Shown piece by piece: positions 17,808 through 26,213 of a DNA stretch of 64,000 nt. Location of the stretch: the sequence record PV593634.1. One strand, written 5' to 3'. Numbering within the stretch: the first letter of the stretch is position 1; every line of letters starts with the position of its first letter. The position numbers were made by a program, and so were the translations under genes. Below the pieces are notes generated by a model. It was not told the origin of the DNA, did no database searches, and worked only from the letters and a program-made list of their open reading frames with translations.

Positions 17808-18349
17808 TGGGAAATCAATATAAACCACCCCAGGTAGAGAAACGCAATAACACCGTTACTCACCAGGTTGAACAGGATAAAGATAATGACAACACTATTG
17901 GTGTTAGTTCCAAATCCTTTATCCGTACTCCAGAAGCGATCTACCAAGAAAACATCAGTACCTTTACTAAGTTCCTGAAAGGTGAAGTGTATGGTGGTTC
18001 CCTTGAAGAACGCCAGAAGTTCCAACTGGACTTCTTCAAATCCATTCCAGCTATTCTTCGTCTGGACCAACATAAGGTTAAAGCTATTCTCGATTTCTTC
18101 ATTATCGAGATTGCTAAGAACCGTGAAACCTACGAGTACTCTAAAGTACTGGCTCCATTGTTCAAACTGGAATCTAAGCTCCCAGGTGAAGATGTAGCTC
18201 GTTATAAACGTTTCATGTTGTTCATTACCATGTTGTCTGACAACGCTCGTAATCGTGATCGTTTCCGTGCTCAGTTCGATACTGTTAGCTTTGCTAACAT
18301 GTGGGATGCTGCTGCTAAAGCGAACATCACTAATTACGTGTTCCGTTGA
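17807..18349 (+). CDS. Conserved hypothetical (possibly virion) protein
   Basis: TAATG coupling; strong codon bias; followed by hairpin. Confidence 0.75.
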   Translation: MGNQYKPPQVEKRNNTVTHQVEQDKDNDNTIGVSSKSFIRTPEAIYQENISTFTKFLKGEVYGGSLEERQKFQLDFFKSIPAILRLDQHKVKAILDFFIIEIAKNRETYEYSKVLAPLFKLESKLPGEDVARYKRFMLFITMLSDNARNRDRFRAQFDTVSFANMWDAAAKANITNYVFR

Positions 18350-18356
18350 TACCCCC

Positions 18357-18384
18357 TCCCGTCCCTCCGAAAGGAAGGGCGGGA
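18357..18384 (+). terminator. Hairpin terminator-like element
   Basis: TCCCGTCCCTCC-GAAA-GGAAGGGCGGGA then TGTTATG. Confidence 0.7.
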
Positions 18385-18421
18385 TGTTATGCAATACACT
18401 ATTAACTTTAAGGAAATTAAA

Positions 18422-19216
18422 ATGTCTTTCTCCGATGTTGAACACGTAATGACCATGATGTCTGGCTGTGAATCCCTCCTTCATGGTGATCCTAAATCGG
18501 CTGACGCTAAATACGCTTTCACTGTACTGAAACTCCATGCCAACGATGCTGGTTATGTAGCCGGTCAAGAAGGTTTTATCGACACCATTAAGAAAGGTGC
18601 TTCTGCAACCGTTGAATGGGTTAAGAAATTGATCCAAGCTATTCGCGATTATCTTAAAGGCGTGTCCCGTGAAGACCGCGATCGTATTAACAATATCGAT
18701 AAGAAACTGAAAGCCCTGGAGAAGGTAGAACAGTATAATGGTGCCGATGCCTTTGATGGTGTCAAGGGAAGTGCTGCTCTTGTCCTTAAGCGCTTGGAAG
18801 GCGTTGCTAAGGATGTAGAAGGTACTGATATTTCTTTCCCTGATGTCGGCGCTCTCGTTAAGAAAATGGAAAATCTAATTGAGTATATGGATGGTGATTC
18901 CACTACCGACTTCCATAAGAAAGTAGACTCGCTATTGGGCGATCTGAACAACGCTATTACTTCAGCTACCTCTTCCCTGGATAAATCCGTTAGCGGTAAA
19001 AAGGGTGAAGACAAGTCACTGACCGATAGTGAGAAGTTCGCATCCACCGCACTGAAGAATCTGGTATCTGCTAAAGAAGCATTCAGTCGCTTCATTGACA
19101 AGTATATCCAAGAAGTAACCAACGTCTATGATCGTTTCAAGAATAAACTTGAAGATCAGAAAGGTCAACATGAATCTCTGACCAAAGAAAAGGCTAGACT
19201 GGAAAAGAAAAACTAA
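18422..19216 (+). CDS. Putative internal head protein, paralog family (copy 3)
   Basis: ATG 18422 with SD AAGGA (track start 18389); MSFSDVEH..GCESL..KLHANDAGYVAGQEGFIDTIKKGA. Confidence 0.75.
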   Translation: MSFSDVEHVMTMMSGCESLLHGDPKSADAKYAFTVLKLHANDAGYVAGQEGFIDTIKKGASATVEWVKKLIQAIRDYLKGVSREDRDRINNIDKKLKALEKVEQYNGADAFDGVKGSAALVLKRLEGVAKDVEGTDISFPDVGALVKKMENLIEYMDGDSTTDFHKKVDSLLGDLNNAITSATSSLDKSVSGKKGEDKSLTDSEKFASTALKNLVSAKEAFSRFIDKYIQEVTNVYDRFKNKLEDQKGQHESLTKEKARLEKKN

Positions 19217-19224
19217 TAACAATT

Positions 19225-19250
19225 CCCTACCTTCCGAAAGGAGGGTAGGG
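19225..19250 (+). terminator. Hairpin terminator
   Basis: CCCTACCTTCC-GAAA-GGAGGGTAGGG-TTTATG. Confidence 0.8.
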
Positions 19251-19270
19251 TTTATGTTTGTCTATAACAA

Positions 19271-19294
19271 TTCAGATAGATATTATTATGGTGT
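19271..19294 (+). promoter_or_regulatory. Candidate phage (early) promoter motif
   Basis: TTCAGATAGATATTATTATGGTGT. Confidence 0.6.
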
Positions 19295-19335
19295 TACTAC
19301 GTGAACTATTAATTAACCTTTATAGGAACTTTAAT

Positions 19336-19818
19336 ATGCGAATTACATTTCCAATTGACCCGCCTTTACAAAAGTCCAACCTTGAAGAATCTTTCCTGGC
19401 GTTACTCAGTGCCCCAGGCTTTGCCCACTACCGTAAAGTGTTTATCCACGATATCAAGAACCTGGCTAACACACTTAACTATGACAATTTCTTTGATGTA
19501 GTGAATTTGGAATGGGAAGGTCGCCTGTCCTACCATCCTGAACTTGTTCCAAACCATCAGGTTCACAAGTCACTCAGGAGTGTTAGTCCTGAGTTGTTAC
19601 CTGGTGTTCGTATTCCTCTGGATCCACAAGACGCTCCAGACCTGCATGCTGCCGAGCTGTTGATTTCTGTGCAAGATGGATTCAGTTGCAAGCAAGGCTT
19701 TGGTACCACTATCGCTCTGCGTTTCCAGACCATCGGTATCCACAAGTGGCAGTACATTCATATCACTCCTAAAGAACTGGAGTTGGCTCTCGAACACTTA
19801 ACCCAAATGGCGGTATAA
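19336..19818 (+). CDS. Hypothetical protein
   Basis: ATG 19336 with SD AGGA (track start 19258); downstream of promoter-like motif. Confidence 0.65.
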   Translation: MRITFPIDPPLQKSNLEESFLALLSAPGFAHYRKVFIHDIKNLANTLNYDNFFDVVNLEWEGRLSYHPELVPNHQVHKSLRSVSPELLPGVRIPLDPQDAPDLHAAELLISVQDGFSCKQGFGTTIALRFQTIGIHKWQYIHITPKELELALEHLTQMAV

Positions 19819-19820
19819 CA

Positions 19821-20240
19821 ATGAACAAGTTACAAGAATTCCTGAAAGATGTGCGCGAGAACCCGGATTCTTTTAAAGGTCTCCATTACCCAACTCTGTT
19901 GAAAGCGATTAAGGATATCGAAAACCAATCCCTTAAGCACAAGCTCTCAGAGAACTGGTTCCTAGATCAGCAGTACAGTCCTAAGTACTTGCTTAATGTC
20001 ATGGAACTTCAACTGCCTGGGTTTAAAGATACCTGCGGACCTAAACTAATCCCAGCTGCTGTATTCGATATCGATAAACGCAGTTCCCTCGTTGAACGTC
20101 TTCAGTTGGCTATTCATGCTAGCGCTAACCGTTCAGTGCAACTCGGCATCCGTGTTAAGTACCGTGGACACTCTCGTTATGTATTCTACCCATGTGGAAC
20201 TAACGAAGTAATGGAACGTCTGAAATTTATCTTCCGATAA
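19821..20240 (+). CDS. Hypothetical protein
   Basis: Follows previous gene by 2 nt; ends before a hairpin. Confidence 0.65.
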   Translation: MNKLQEFLKDVRENPDSFKGLHYPTLLKAIKDIENQSLKHKLSENWFLDQQYSPKYLLNVMELQLPGFKDTCGPKLIPAAVFDIDKRSSLVERLQLAIHASANRSVQLGIRVKYRGHSRYVFYPCGTNEVMERLKFIFR

Positions 20241-20248
20241 ACATAAAC

Positions 20249-20277
20249 CCCTACCCCTCCTTTCGGAGTGGGTAGGG
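20249..20277. terminator. Bidirectional hairpin terminator between convergent genes
   Basis: CCCTACCCCTCC-TTTC-GGAGTGGGTAGGG. Confidence 0.75.
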
Positions 20278-20290
20278 ATCTTAGTTTAAC

Positions 20291-22033
20291 TTATTTCTTT
20301 TTGTTGTTCAGGAAAGGAATTACAGACTCTTCGTAGAAAGAGTTGATGTCAGTCAGTTGAGGCATGCCGAAGATTGTGTTACACAGTGTTACCGCGTTAG
20401 CAATCGGAGACGATGCGTAGTTAACACCAATGCGACGGAACTCAATACGATCAAGTCCTTCAATCTCACAAACCTCAAGCTTAGTCGTTTTGTTAGAAAC
20501 GTTAAGACTTACAGTGATGTGTGGGTAAGCGCCTGTTACGTCGATATCATCTGTGTCACCACGACCACGAGAACGCCATGAAGGAAGACCGGCATAGATT
20601 GGCTTACCTTTATCTTCGTTCAGCTCAGCGTGTAGCAGAGCGATCCAGTCACGCAGGTCTGGTTTGATTTCTTTCCATACGTCTTCTTTCTTACGACCTA
20701 CGGTACCCCAAACATAACCATGTTCCAAAGCAATGAAGGAAAGCTTATCGGAAATCATGGATGGTTGAGACTGGTAGGATTTCAGTTCAGAAGAAGTTAC
20801 CAGAGAAGCCAATGATAAAGAGTAGTCGTTAGTCTTACGGTTAAGATCTTCAATTACCCAGTTATCTCGAATGTTGTACATTACATATTCATAAGGGAAG
20901 TTCTTCACCATGAATTTGTGCCATTCAGCAGAACCAGGTTGTAAGTGGTCAGCTTCTGGAATATACAACTTGCCTTCAACACCTTCAGCCTTAGCTGTGT
21001 TCTGAAGTGAGTAAGATTCTTTCTTACCACCTGGAGCACGTTTAATAGCATAGAAGGACATGCCATCAAACCACTGCCATTTAGCAGGAGCTTGTAGTAC
21101 AGGGAAACGTTCCTGAGCTTCCAATGGAGACTTAGAACCATCAACCTTAGTTTTGAACTCACGACCTTTAAAGTAGAAGTAATCCTTATAAGCTTTCGGG
21201 ACAGATGGATCGCTATAAGTTTCTGCTAAGTCATAGTTCTCATTAACCAAGGAATCTTCGTTGGCTTGCATATCAAAGTTTGCGTTCCAGCTAACAATGA
21301 AGTCAGGACCACGACGATGCCAGAAATCGATGTTCTCTTTAACAACCTGAGCAGGAGTCTCAACAATGTTCCAGTCGATAGTTACATTGTGTTTGTCCAT
21401 GTAGTCTTTCAAGTGTATCGCAGCGCACTCGTTTAACTTACGCAGAATGATCGCATCATCTTTCTGATCTTCGATTGGGAAGTAAGAACGAATGCCCGCC
21501 CAGAATGCTTGTTCACGAATGGTGGTAGAAGCCATGTTAACGACACCAGTTGTGGAGTCATCATTAATATATGTTTCAACGTCATATGCTGCAACGTTGT
21601 ACGCTTCCTGTGGTTGGTGTTCTGGATACTTCTTATAGAAGCGTTCTTTAAAGATAACCGGTACAGATTCCTGACAACCAAATACATAAGGACTGTTCTT
21701 CAGTTCACCAATCTGTGCTTTACGATCTGGACGACCATAAAGACACTTGCTAATCTGTTGTGCAAGATTCGCTTCGTTGGCTGTGTGCTTATCACACTTA
21801 GCAATTTCGATATAGTCTCGTTTATCATTAAACGTTTGATACTTCTTCTTAACAATATAGAAGTCACGTTTATAGTTTTCAATTTTGACAAGTTTATCAG
21901 TACGATCACCATTGGCGTGTACTTCTGTAATTTTAGCAGTAAGGAGATCATTACCTGGTGCAAATTTGTTGAACGATAGATAAGCGTGTTTACATACACG
22001 TCCAACAACTGGATTATCAGTTTGGTCTGTCAT
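20291..22033 (-). CDS. Split family-B DNA polymerase, 3'-5' exonuclease + motif-A subunit (phiKZ gp82-like)
   Basis: ExoI YDVET, ExoII WNANFD, ExoIII YNIRD; C-terminal DVTGAYP = PolB motif A; no motifs B/C; start 22033 likely (track 22087). Confidence 0.85.
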   Translation of the reverse strand: MTDQTDNPVVGRVCKHAYLSFNKFAPGNDLLTAKITEVHANGDRTDKLVKIENYKRDFYIVKKKYQTFNDKRDYIEIAKCDKHTANEANLAQQISKCLYGRPDRKAQIGELKNSPYVFGCQESVPVIFKERFYKKYPEHQPQEAYNVAAYDVETYINDDSTTGVVNMASTTIREQAFWAGIRSYFPIEDQKDDAIILRKLNECAAIHLKDYMDKHNVTIDWNIVETPAQVVKENIDFWHRRGPDFIVSWNANFDMQANEDSLVNENYDLAETYSDPSVPKAYKDYFYFKGREFKTKVDGSKSPLEAQERFPVLQAPAKWQWFDGMSFYAIKRAPGGKKESYSLQNTAKAEGVEGKLYIPEADHLQPGSAEWHKFMVKNFPYEYVMYNIRDNWVIEDLNRKTNDYSLSLASLVTSSELKSYQSQPSMISDKLSFIALEHGYVWGTVGRKKEDVWKEIKPDLRDWIALLHAELNEDKGKPIYAGLPSWRSRGRGDTDDIDVTGAYPHITVSLNVSNKTTKLEVCEIEGLDRIEFRRIGVNYASSPIANAVTLCNTIFGMPQLTDINSFYEESVIPFLNNKKK

Positions 22034-22121
22034 TATTAATACCCGAATGTTATGACGTCGATGAGTTGAATTTTCTACATAATCCAACTCGCCCTTTTAT
22101 TTTACTCCTGGAGTTTCAATT

Positions 22122-23471
22122 ATGTTAGGAATTGATTTCCTTAATCAGCGCGGGCCGATCACCCTAGCTGGTCAGGAATTTATGGATTATCAAAACAAAA
22201 ACCTGTTCAGGGAACTGAGCACTTTTGTTGCAGATCATAGCGAGGAAGTTTTTAAACCCAATGGCGATTTCGCAGGCATCAACTTCCGTAAAAGTAAAGA
22301 AGACCTCACCAAGCTCTCAGAGCTGATCTTCAACGCAACCGGCATTAACTTGCTTGTACATGCCCCTTTGGATATGATTGGGAATATGGGTGTTGACTCT
22401 GGTTTTATTAAACCTGGTCATATCTTCAATATTAAAAATATTGAATCCATTCTTAGTTCTGATGAATCTTCCATTGCGCGTGCATTCCGCCGTCTGAAGA
22501 CTGACTGCTTGAATGGTTGGGTTGATACATCAACTGCTAAGATTGGCGGTGACTTCAGTAAGGTACAGTTTAACCTCTACCTGGGGCCTGTCTTCGAAGA
22601 GTTCATCAATCGTGATGTTCTTCGTCGGTATAAGATAGGTATCTTCGATGCTGTTGCCGCCATTATCATCCACGAGATGGGTCATATCTTTACCGGTTTC
22701 TTGTTAATGCAGAACCAGGTATTCGATACAGTCATGCCTACCCTCGCAGCGAAGATGATTATCAATGGTAACATCTACGGTAAACAACGTGTTCAGATCG
22801 TTAACGAAACACTTAAAGAACTGGGTGTAAGTGATCGTCCAGATGACAAGTCCATTGAGAACGCTGATGGTCCTGGTCTGATGATCATGTTCAACAAGTG
22901 CATTGAGAACCGTGATCTTCGTCGTACTCTCTCCCTGGGTACCGCAGGACGTGGTTCTGAGATTTATGCTGACTTGTTCGCAGTTCGTGCTGGTTGTCCT
23001 AAAGCTCTAATCGCAGCTACCTATGAAATCAGTGACACACCGATCCTGGGTCGAGTTGCTAAAGTTTGTATGGGTCTGACCATTGCTCTGTCCTGTACCG
23101 TGTTGTTCCCAATCGCACCTATCGTAGGTATGATTTCAGCTGCATTCGCTATTTGGCGTTTGGACGATAAGATCAACCCTCAGGAACGTTACGACTCACA
23201 GTACCGTCGTCTGAAGAACATTCTGCGCGATCAGGCAATGCACGTTAACGAAGCGGACTGGTTAGATAAGTCTACTAAAGTTACAATGATCAAAGAAGCC
23301 AAAGAGATGGAGAAAATGATCGACGATGCTAAACCTTTCTTTGAAGGGACTTTCATGCAACGTCTGGTCGGTTGGTACTTCTCCGGGTCTGACTTCAAAG
23401 CACAACAGTTCGAGCACTACACCGATGAGCTGCTCGGCCATACTCTGTCACTTTATAAAGAAGAACTTTAA
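22122..23471 (+). CDS. Virion protein with zincin metalloprotease motif (phiKZ gp84-like)
   Basis: IIIHEMGHIF and downstream EIYADLFA; hydrophobic segment; synteny. Confidence 0.7.
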   Translation: MLGIDFLNQRGPITLAGQEFMDYQNKNLFRELSTFVADHSEEVFKPNGDFAGINFRKSKEDLTKLSELIFNATGINLLVHAPLDMIGNMGVDSGFIKPGHIFNIKNIESILSSDESSIARAFRRLKTDCLNGWVDTSTAKIGGDFSKVQFNLYLGPVFEEFINRDVLRRYKIGIFDAVAAIIIHEMGHIFTGFLLMQNQVFDTVMPTLAAKMIINGNIYGKQRVQIVNETLKELGVSDRPDDKSIENADGPGLMIMFNKCIENRDLRRTLSLGTAGRGSEIYADLFAVRAGCPKALIAATYEISDTPILGRVAKVCMGLTIALSCTVLFPIAPIVGMISAAFAIWRLDDKINPQERYDSQYRRLKNILRDQAMHVNEADWLDKSTKVTMIKEAKEMEKMIDDAKPFFEGTFMQRLVGWYFSGSDFKAQQFEHYTDELLGHTLSLYKEEL

Positions 23472-23480
23472 GGATTTACA

Positions 23481-23912
23481 ATGAGCCATTTACAACACAT
23501 CGTTCGTTTCAAGCAAGCACTTCTTGCTGAAGGAATTAGTTCACCTGAACTTCAGATCCAGCTGGTTCGTACTTCTTACGTCAAAGCTTTGATCACCGTT
23601 GGTTATGGTAATAACCTGAATGAAGAACAGTGCATTCAGTTCAACCGTTATATCCTGAGTTACTGGAACGAAGTAACACCAGTTAACGGCCTGTTGGTTA
23701 TGACTATGGTCGGAAACTTCTGCCGTGCTCTGCAAGCTAAACTGGAACGTCCTTTCACGGACAACAAACTGAAGTTAGAAGTTTGTCCGAAGATCGAACT
23801 TCCTATCGACTGCAAGTGGGATGAACTGGAAACTTATAAAGATCTGGTTCAAACTCTGGTCGATGAAGCTAACCATAAACTTCCTGGTTTCCTTGAAACC
23901 GCTGGCGTCTAA
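23481..23912 (+). CDS. Head protein (phiKZ gp85-like)
   Basis: 143 aa; synteny. Confidence 0.55.
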   Translation: MSHLQHIVRFKQALLAEGISSPELQIQLVRTSYVKALITVGYGNNLNEEQCIQFNRYILSYWNEVTPVNGLLVMTMVGNFCRALQAKLERPFTDNKLKLEVCPKIELPIDCKWDELETYKDLVQTLVDEANHKLPGFLETAGV

Positions 23913-23927
23913 TTAAAAGGGATCATC

Positions 23928-25511
23928 ATGTCTGAAGAATCTAAACAGGTTAAAGACGATGAGACCGTAGAGCTGGGGTCAGTACTCCAGCTTTCACCTC
24001 ATACGCCTACCGATAAAATCGATGCTGTGGAACGTGGTAAAGATGGTGATGCAATGATCTCCCTGGATGACGTGTACGAAGTTACAGGTCAGGAATCATT
24101 CCAAATCGTTGCTCAGAACTGCCGTGAATATCTGAACAAGAAACGTCTGCATAAATCAGGCTTTAACGCTCTGATGATTTCGGGTGTTGAAGGTCTGGTG
24201 CCGGGCTTTGACCGATTGAACGCTATTAAAGGTGGCGAGTCATTCCTGGAGACCTTGAAGAAAGGTTTCATCACGGTTATCAAAGCGGTTAAGAAATTCA
24301 TCATCACTTGCGTTGACTGGGTTATCTTGCGCATCCGTACTGTTCTTGGTTTCGAGAAGACCGAGAAAGAACTGGCTATCGTTGCAGAAACCTCTGATGC
24401 GGTTAAACTCGAACTGATCAACATCCTGAGTATTCTGGCTAATAAAGAGAAAGTCAAGTTCGATGCTGACGAACTCTATGAATACCTGCCGGGTAATGTA
24501 CAGACCACTGAAGCGTTTAGCATCATTGCTAACCGTAACAAGACCGTCCAGGATCAAGTAGAGAACATGGGTGTTCTGTCTGACAAGCTTAAAGCTGTTG
24601 AGAAAGCTATTCTCGATGCTGGTTCTAACGCACGTGCGTCTGCCGGTCGTTATAAAGCGGCTTGCGATAAACTCCGTGAAGCATACTCTCATAAAGAAAG
24701 TTTCTCCAATGCTGACATCGTTGAATTCCGTCATAGCCTCGATAAAGAAATCATCGAAGAACTCGACAGTGGTAAACTGATCGATATGCTCGTTGAAATC
24801 GTTAACGATGCTTACGGTATTGATCTAGGTGAAGTCGGTATTGATAAAGACTTTAAACTTCAGATGGATAAGATCAAAGTTGATTTGGATAAACGTTATC
24901 GCGGTGTAGTAACTGCTGATCTTTATGCCAAGTACGCTAAGATCTCAAAACACCTGGTTCGTAACATCAACCTTCAATCACAGGTTAAGTTCGACGCTAA
25001 CCAACTGGCTAAGCTTAAGAACATGATCGAAGTTGATGACGCTGAACTACTTCGTCAAATCGCAGCATTTGATCCAAGTGCTGGTGTTCTGATTCCTACC
25101 TACTCTGCTTACTCTGCACACGTGTCTAACTACGTTGTTGTTCTGGAGCAGCTGATTAAGACCACGGGTGAAATTCGTCGTTCTATTGGTGGTATCGTTA
25201 ACTGGTCTAACAAAGTAGACAAGATGATGGTTACCTACCTGGCACGCGATGTTAAAGCCATTGTGGAAATGCAGGAAGAAGAACTGGGTGAAGAAGGTAA
25301 AGCTTCTACCCGCTTTAATAAAGATGGTGAAGCAGTAGGATATTCACTGGACATTAACTATGATGTTCTGTTTGCATCCCGTCACCCTCACTTCGCTACC
25401 TTGATGAACGTGGTTCGTGCTAAGACTGGCGAGTTCCGTAAGAAGAACAAACGCGTTATAGACGAGGTCAACAAAGGTCTTGCTAAACTCGGCGCTACTC
25501 AGAGACTGTAA
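23928..25511 (+). CDS. Head protein (phiKZ gp86-like)
   Basis: 527 aa; GQESF, GVEGL, GGESF motifs followed by amphipathic helix; synteny. Confidence 0.6.
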   Translation: MSEESKQVKDDETVELGSVLQLSPHTPTDKIDAVERGKDGDAMISLDDVYEVTGQESFQIVAQNCREYLNKKRLHKSGFNALMISGVEGLVPGFDRLNAIKGGESFLETLKKGFITVIKAVKKFIITCVDWVILRIRTVLGFEKTEKELAIVAETSDAVKLELINILSILANKEKVKFDADELYEYLPGNVQTTEAFSIIANRNKTVQDQVENMGVLSDKLKAVEKAILDAGSNARASAGRYKAACDKLREAYSHKESFSNADIVEFRHSLDKEIIEELDSGKLIDMLVEIVNDAYGIDLGEVGIDKDFKLQMDKIKVDLDKRYRGVVTADLYAKYAKISKHLVRNINLQSQVKFDANQLAKLKNMIEVDDAELLRQIAAFDPSAGVLIPTYSAYSAHVSNYVVVLEQLIKTTGEIRRSIGGIVNWSNKVDKMMVTYLARDVKAIVEMQEEELGEEGKASTRFNKDGEAVGYSLDINYDVLFASRHPHFATLMNVVRAKTGEFRKKNKRVIDEVNKGLAKLGATQRL

Positions 25512-25513
25512 TC

Positions 25514-26167
25514 ATGGAAAAACAAGAAATCATTGCTCTCATTGAGCGACTGTGCGGTGACCAAGAGAAGTATAATAAGTTTGTTCAGTATGTTGAAGAC
25601 TTTACTTCCCGCCGTCGTTGTAAGAAAGGTATTCTCGCTTTCATCGAAGAAATCTTTAATGCTCCTGAATTGGCTGGCACTAAAGAACTGGCGATCCAGT
25701 TACTCGGTGAAAAGTCGATGACTAACTCCCACGCTGCACACAAGTTCATCATGGATCATCCAATCACTATCGGTTATAACACCGCACTGATTGATGCTCG
25801 TATTGTTATTACTCGTGCTGTTGCAAGTTACATTGTGGCTGTCGCAGAACGTCTTCAGAACAGTACCCTGGACGATAAGGTAGAACGTCAGGTTTACCTA
25901 CGCCGTGCTATCGCTCGTTTCCTTACGCTATCTCGTAGTCGTCCTCTGTCCATTGTTCAACAGGACCAATGGCACGAAGTGGAACCATTCCCTTACATTA
26001 ACTATCTGGCTGCTACATTTGAAGAAATGATGGCACTGGTTAATAATGAAGAAGAGATGCGTGCTTATTCCGATGTCTATTATTCAACCATGAATATGGA
26101 TCAGGAAAACGTACTTCGTTCCATGATCAGTTATTTGGATTACCTCGATACCTTTACCGAGTGGTAA
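25514..26167 (+). CDS. Hypothetical protein
   Basis: 217 aa, coupled to previous gene; ends at hairpin. Confidence 0.7.
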   Translation: MEKQEIIALIERLCGDQEKYNKFVQYVEDFTSRRRCKKGILAFIEEIFNAPELAGTKELAIQLLGEKSMTNSHAAHKFIMDHPITIGYNTALIDARIVITRAVASYIVAVAERLQNSTLDDKVERQVYLRRAIARFLTLSRSRPLSIVQQDQWHEVEPFPYINYLAATFEEMMALVNNEEEMRAYSDVYYSTMNMDQENVLRSMISYLDYLDTFTEW

Positions 26168-26177
26168 ACAAACATAT

Positions 26178-26207
26178 CCCCTACCCCTCCGAAAGGAAGG
26201 GTAGGGG
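26178..26207. terminator. Bidirectional hairpin terminator between convergent genes
   Basis: CCCCTACCCCTCC-GAAA-GGAAGGGTAGGGG. Confidence 0.75.
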
Positions 26208-26213
26208 GTTATG

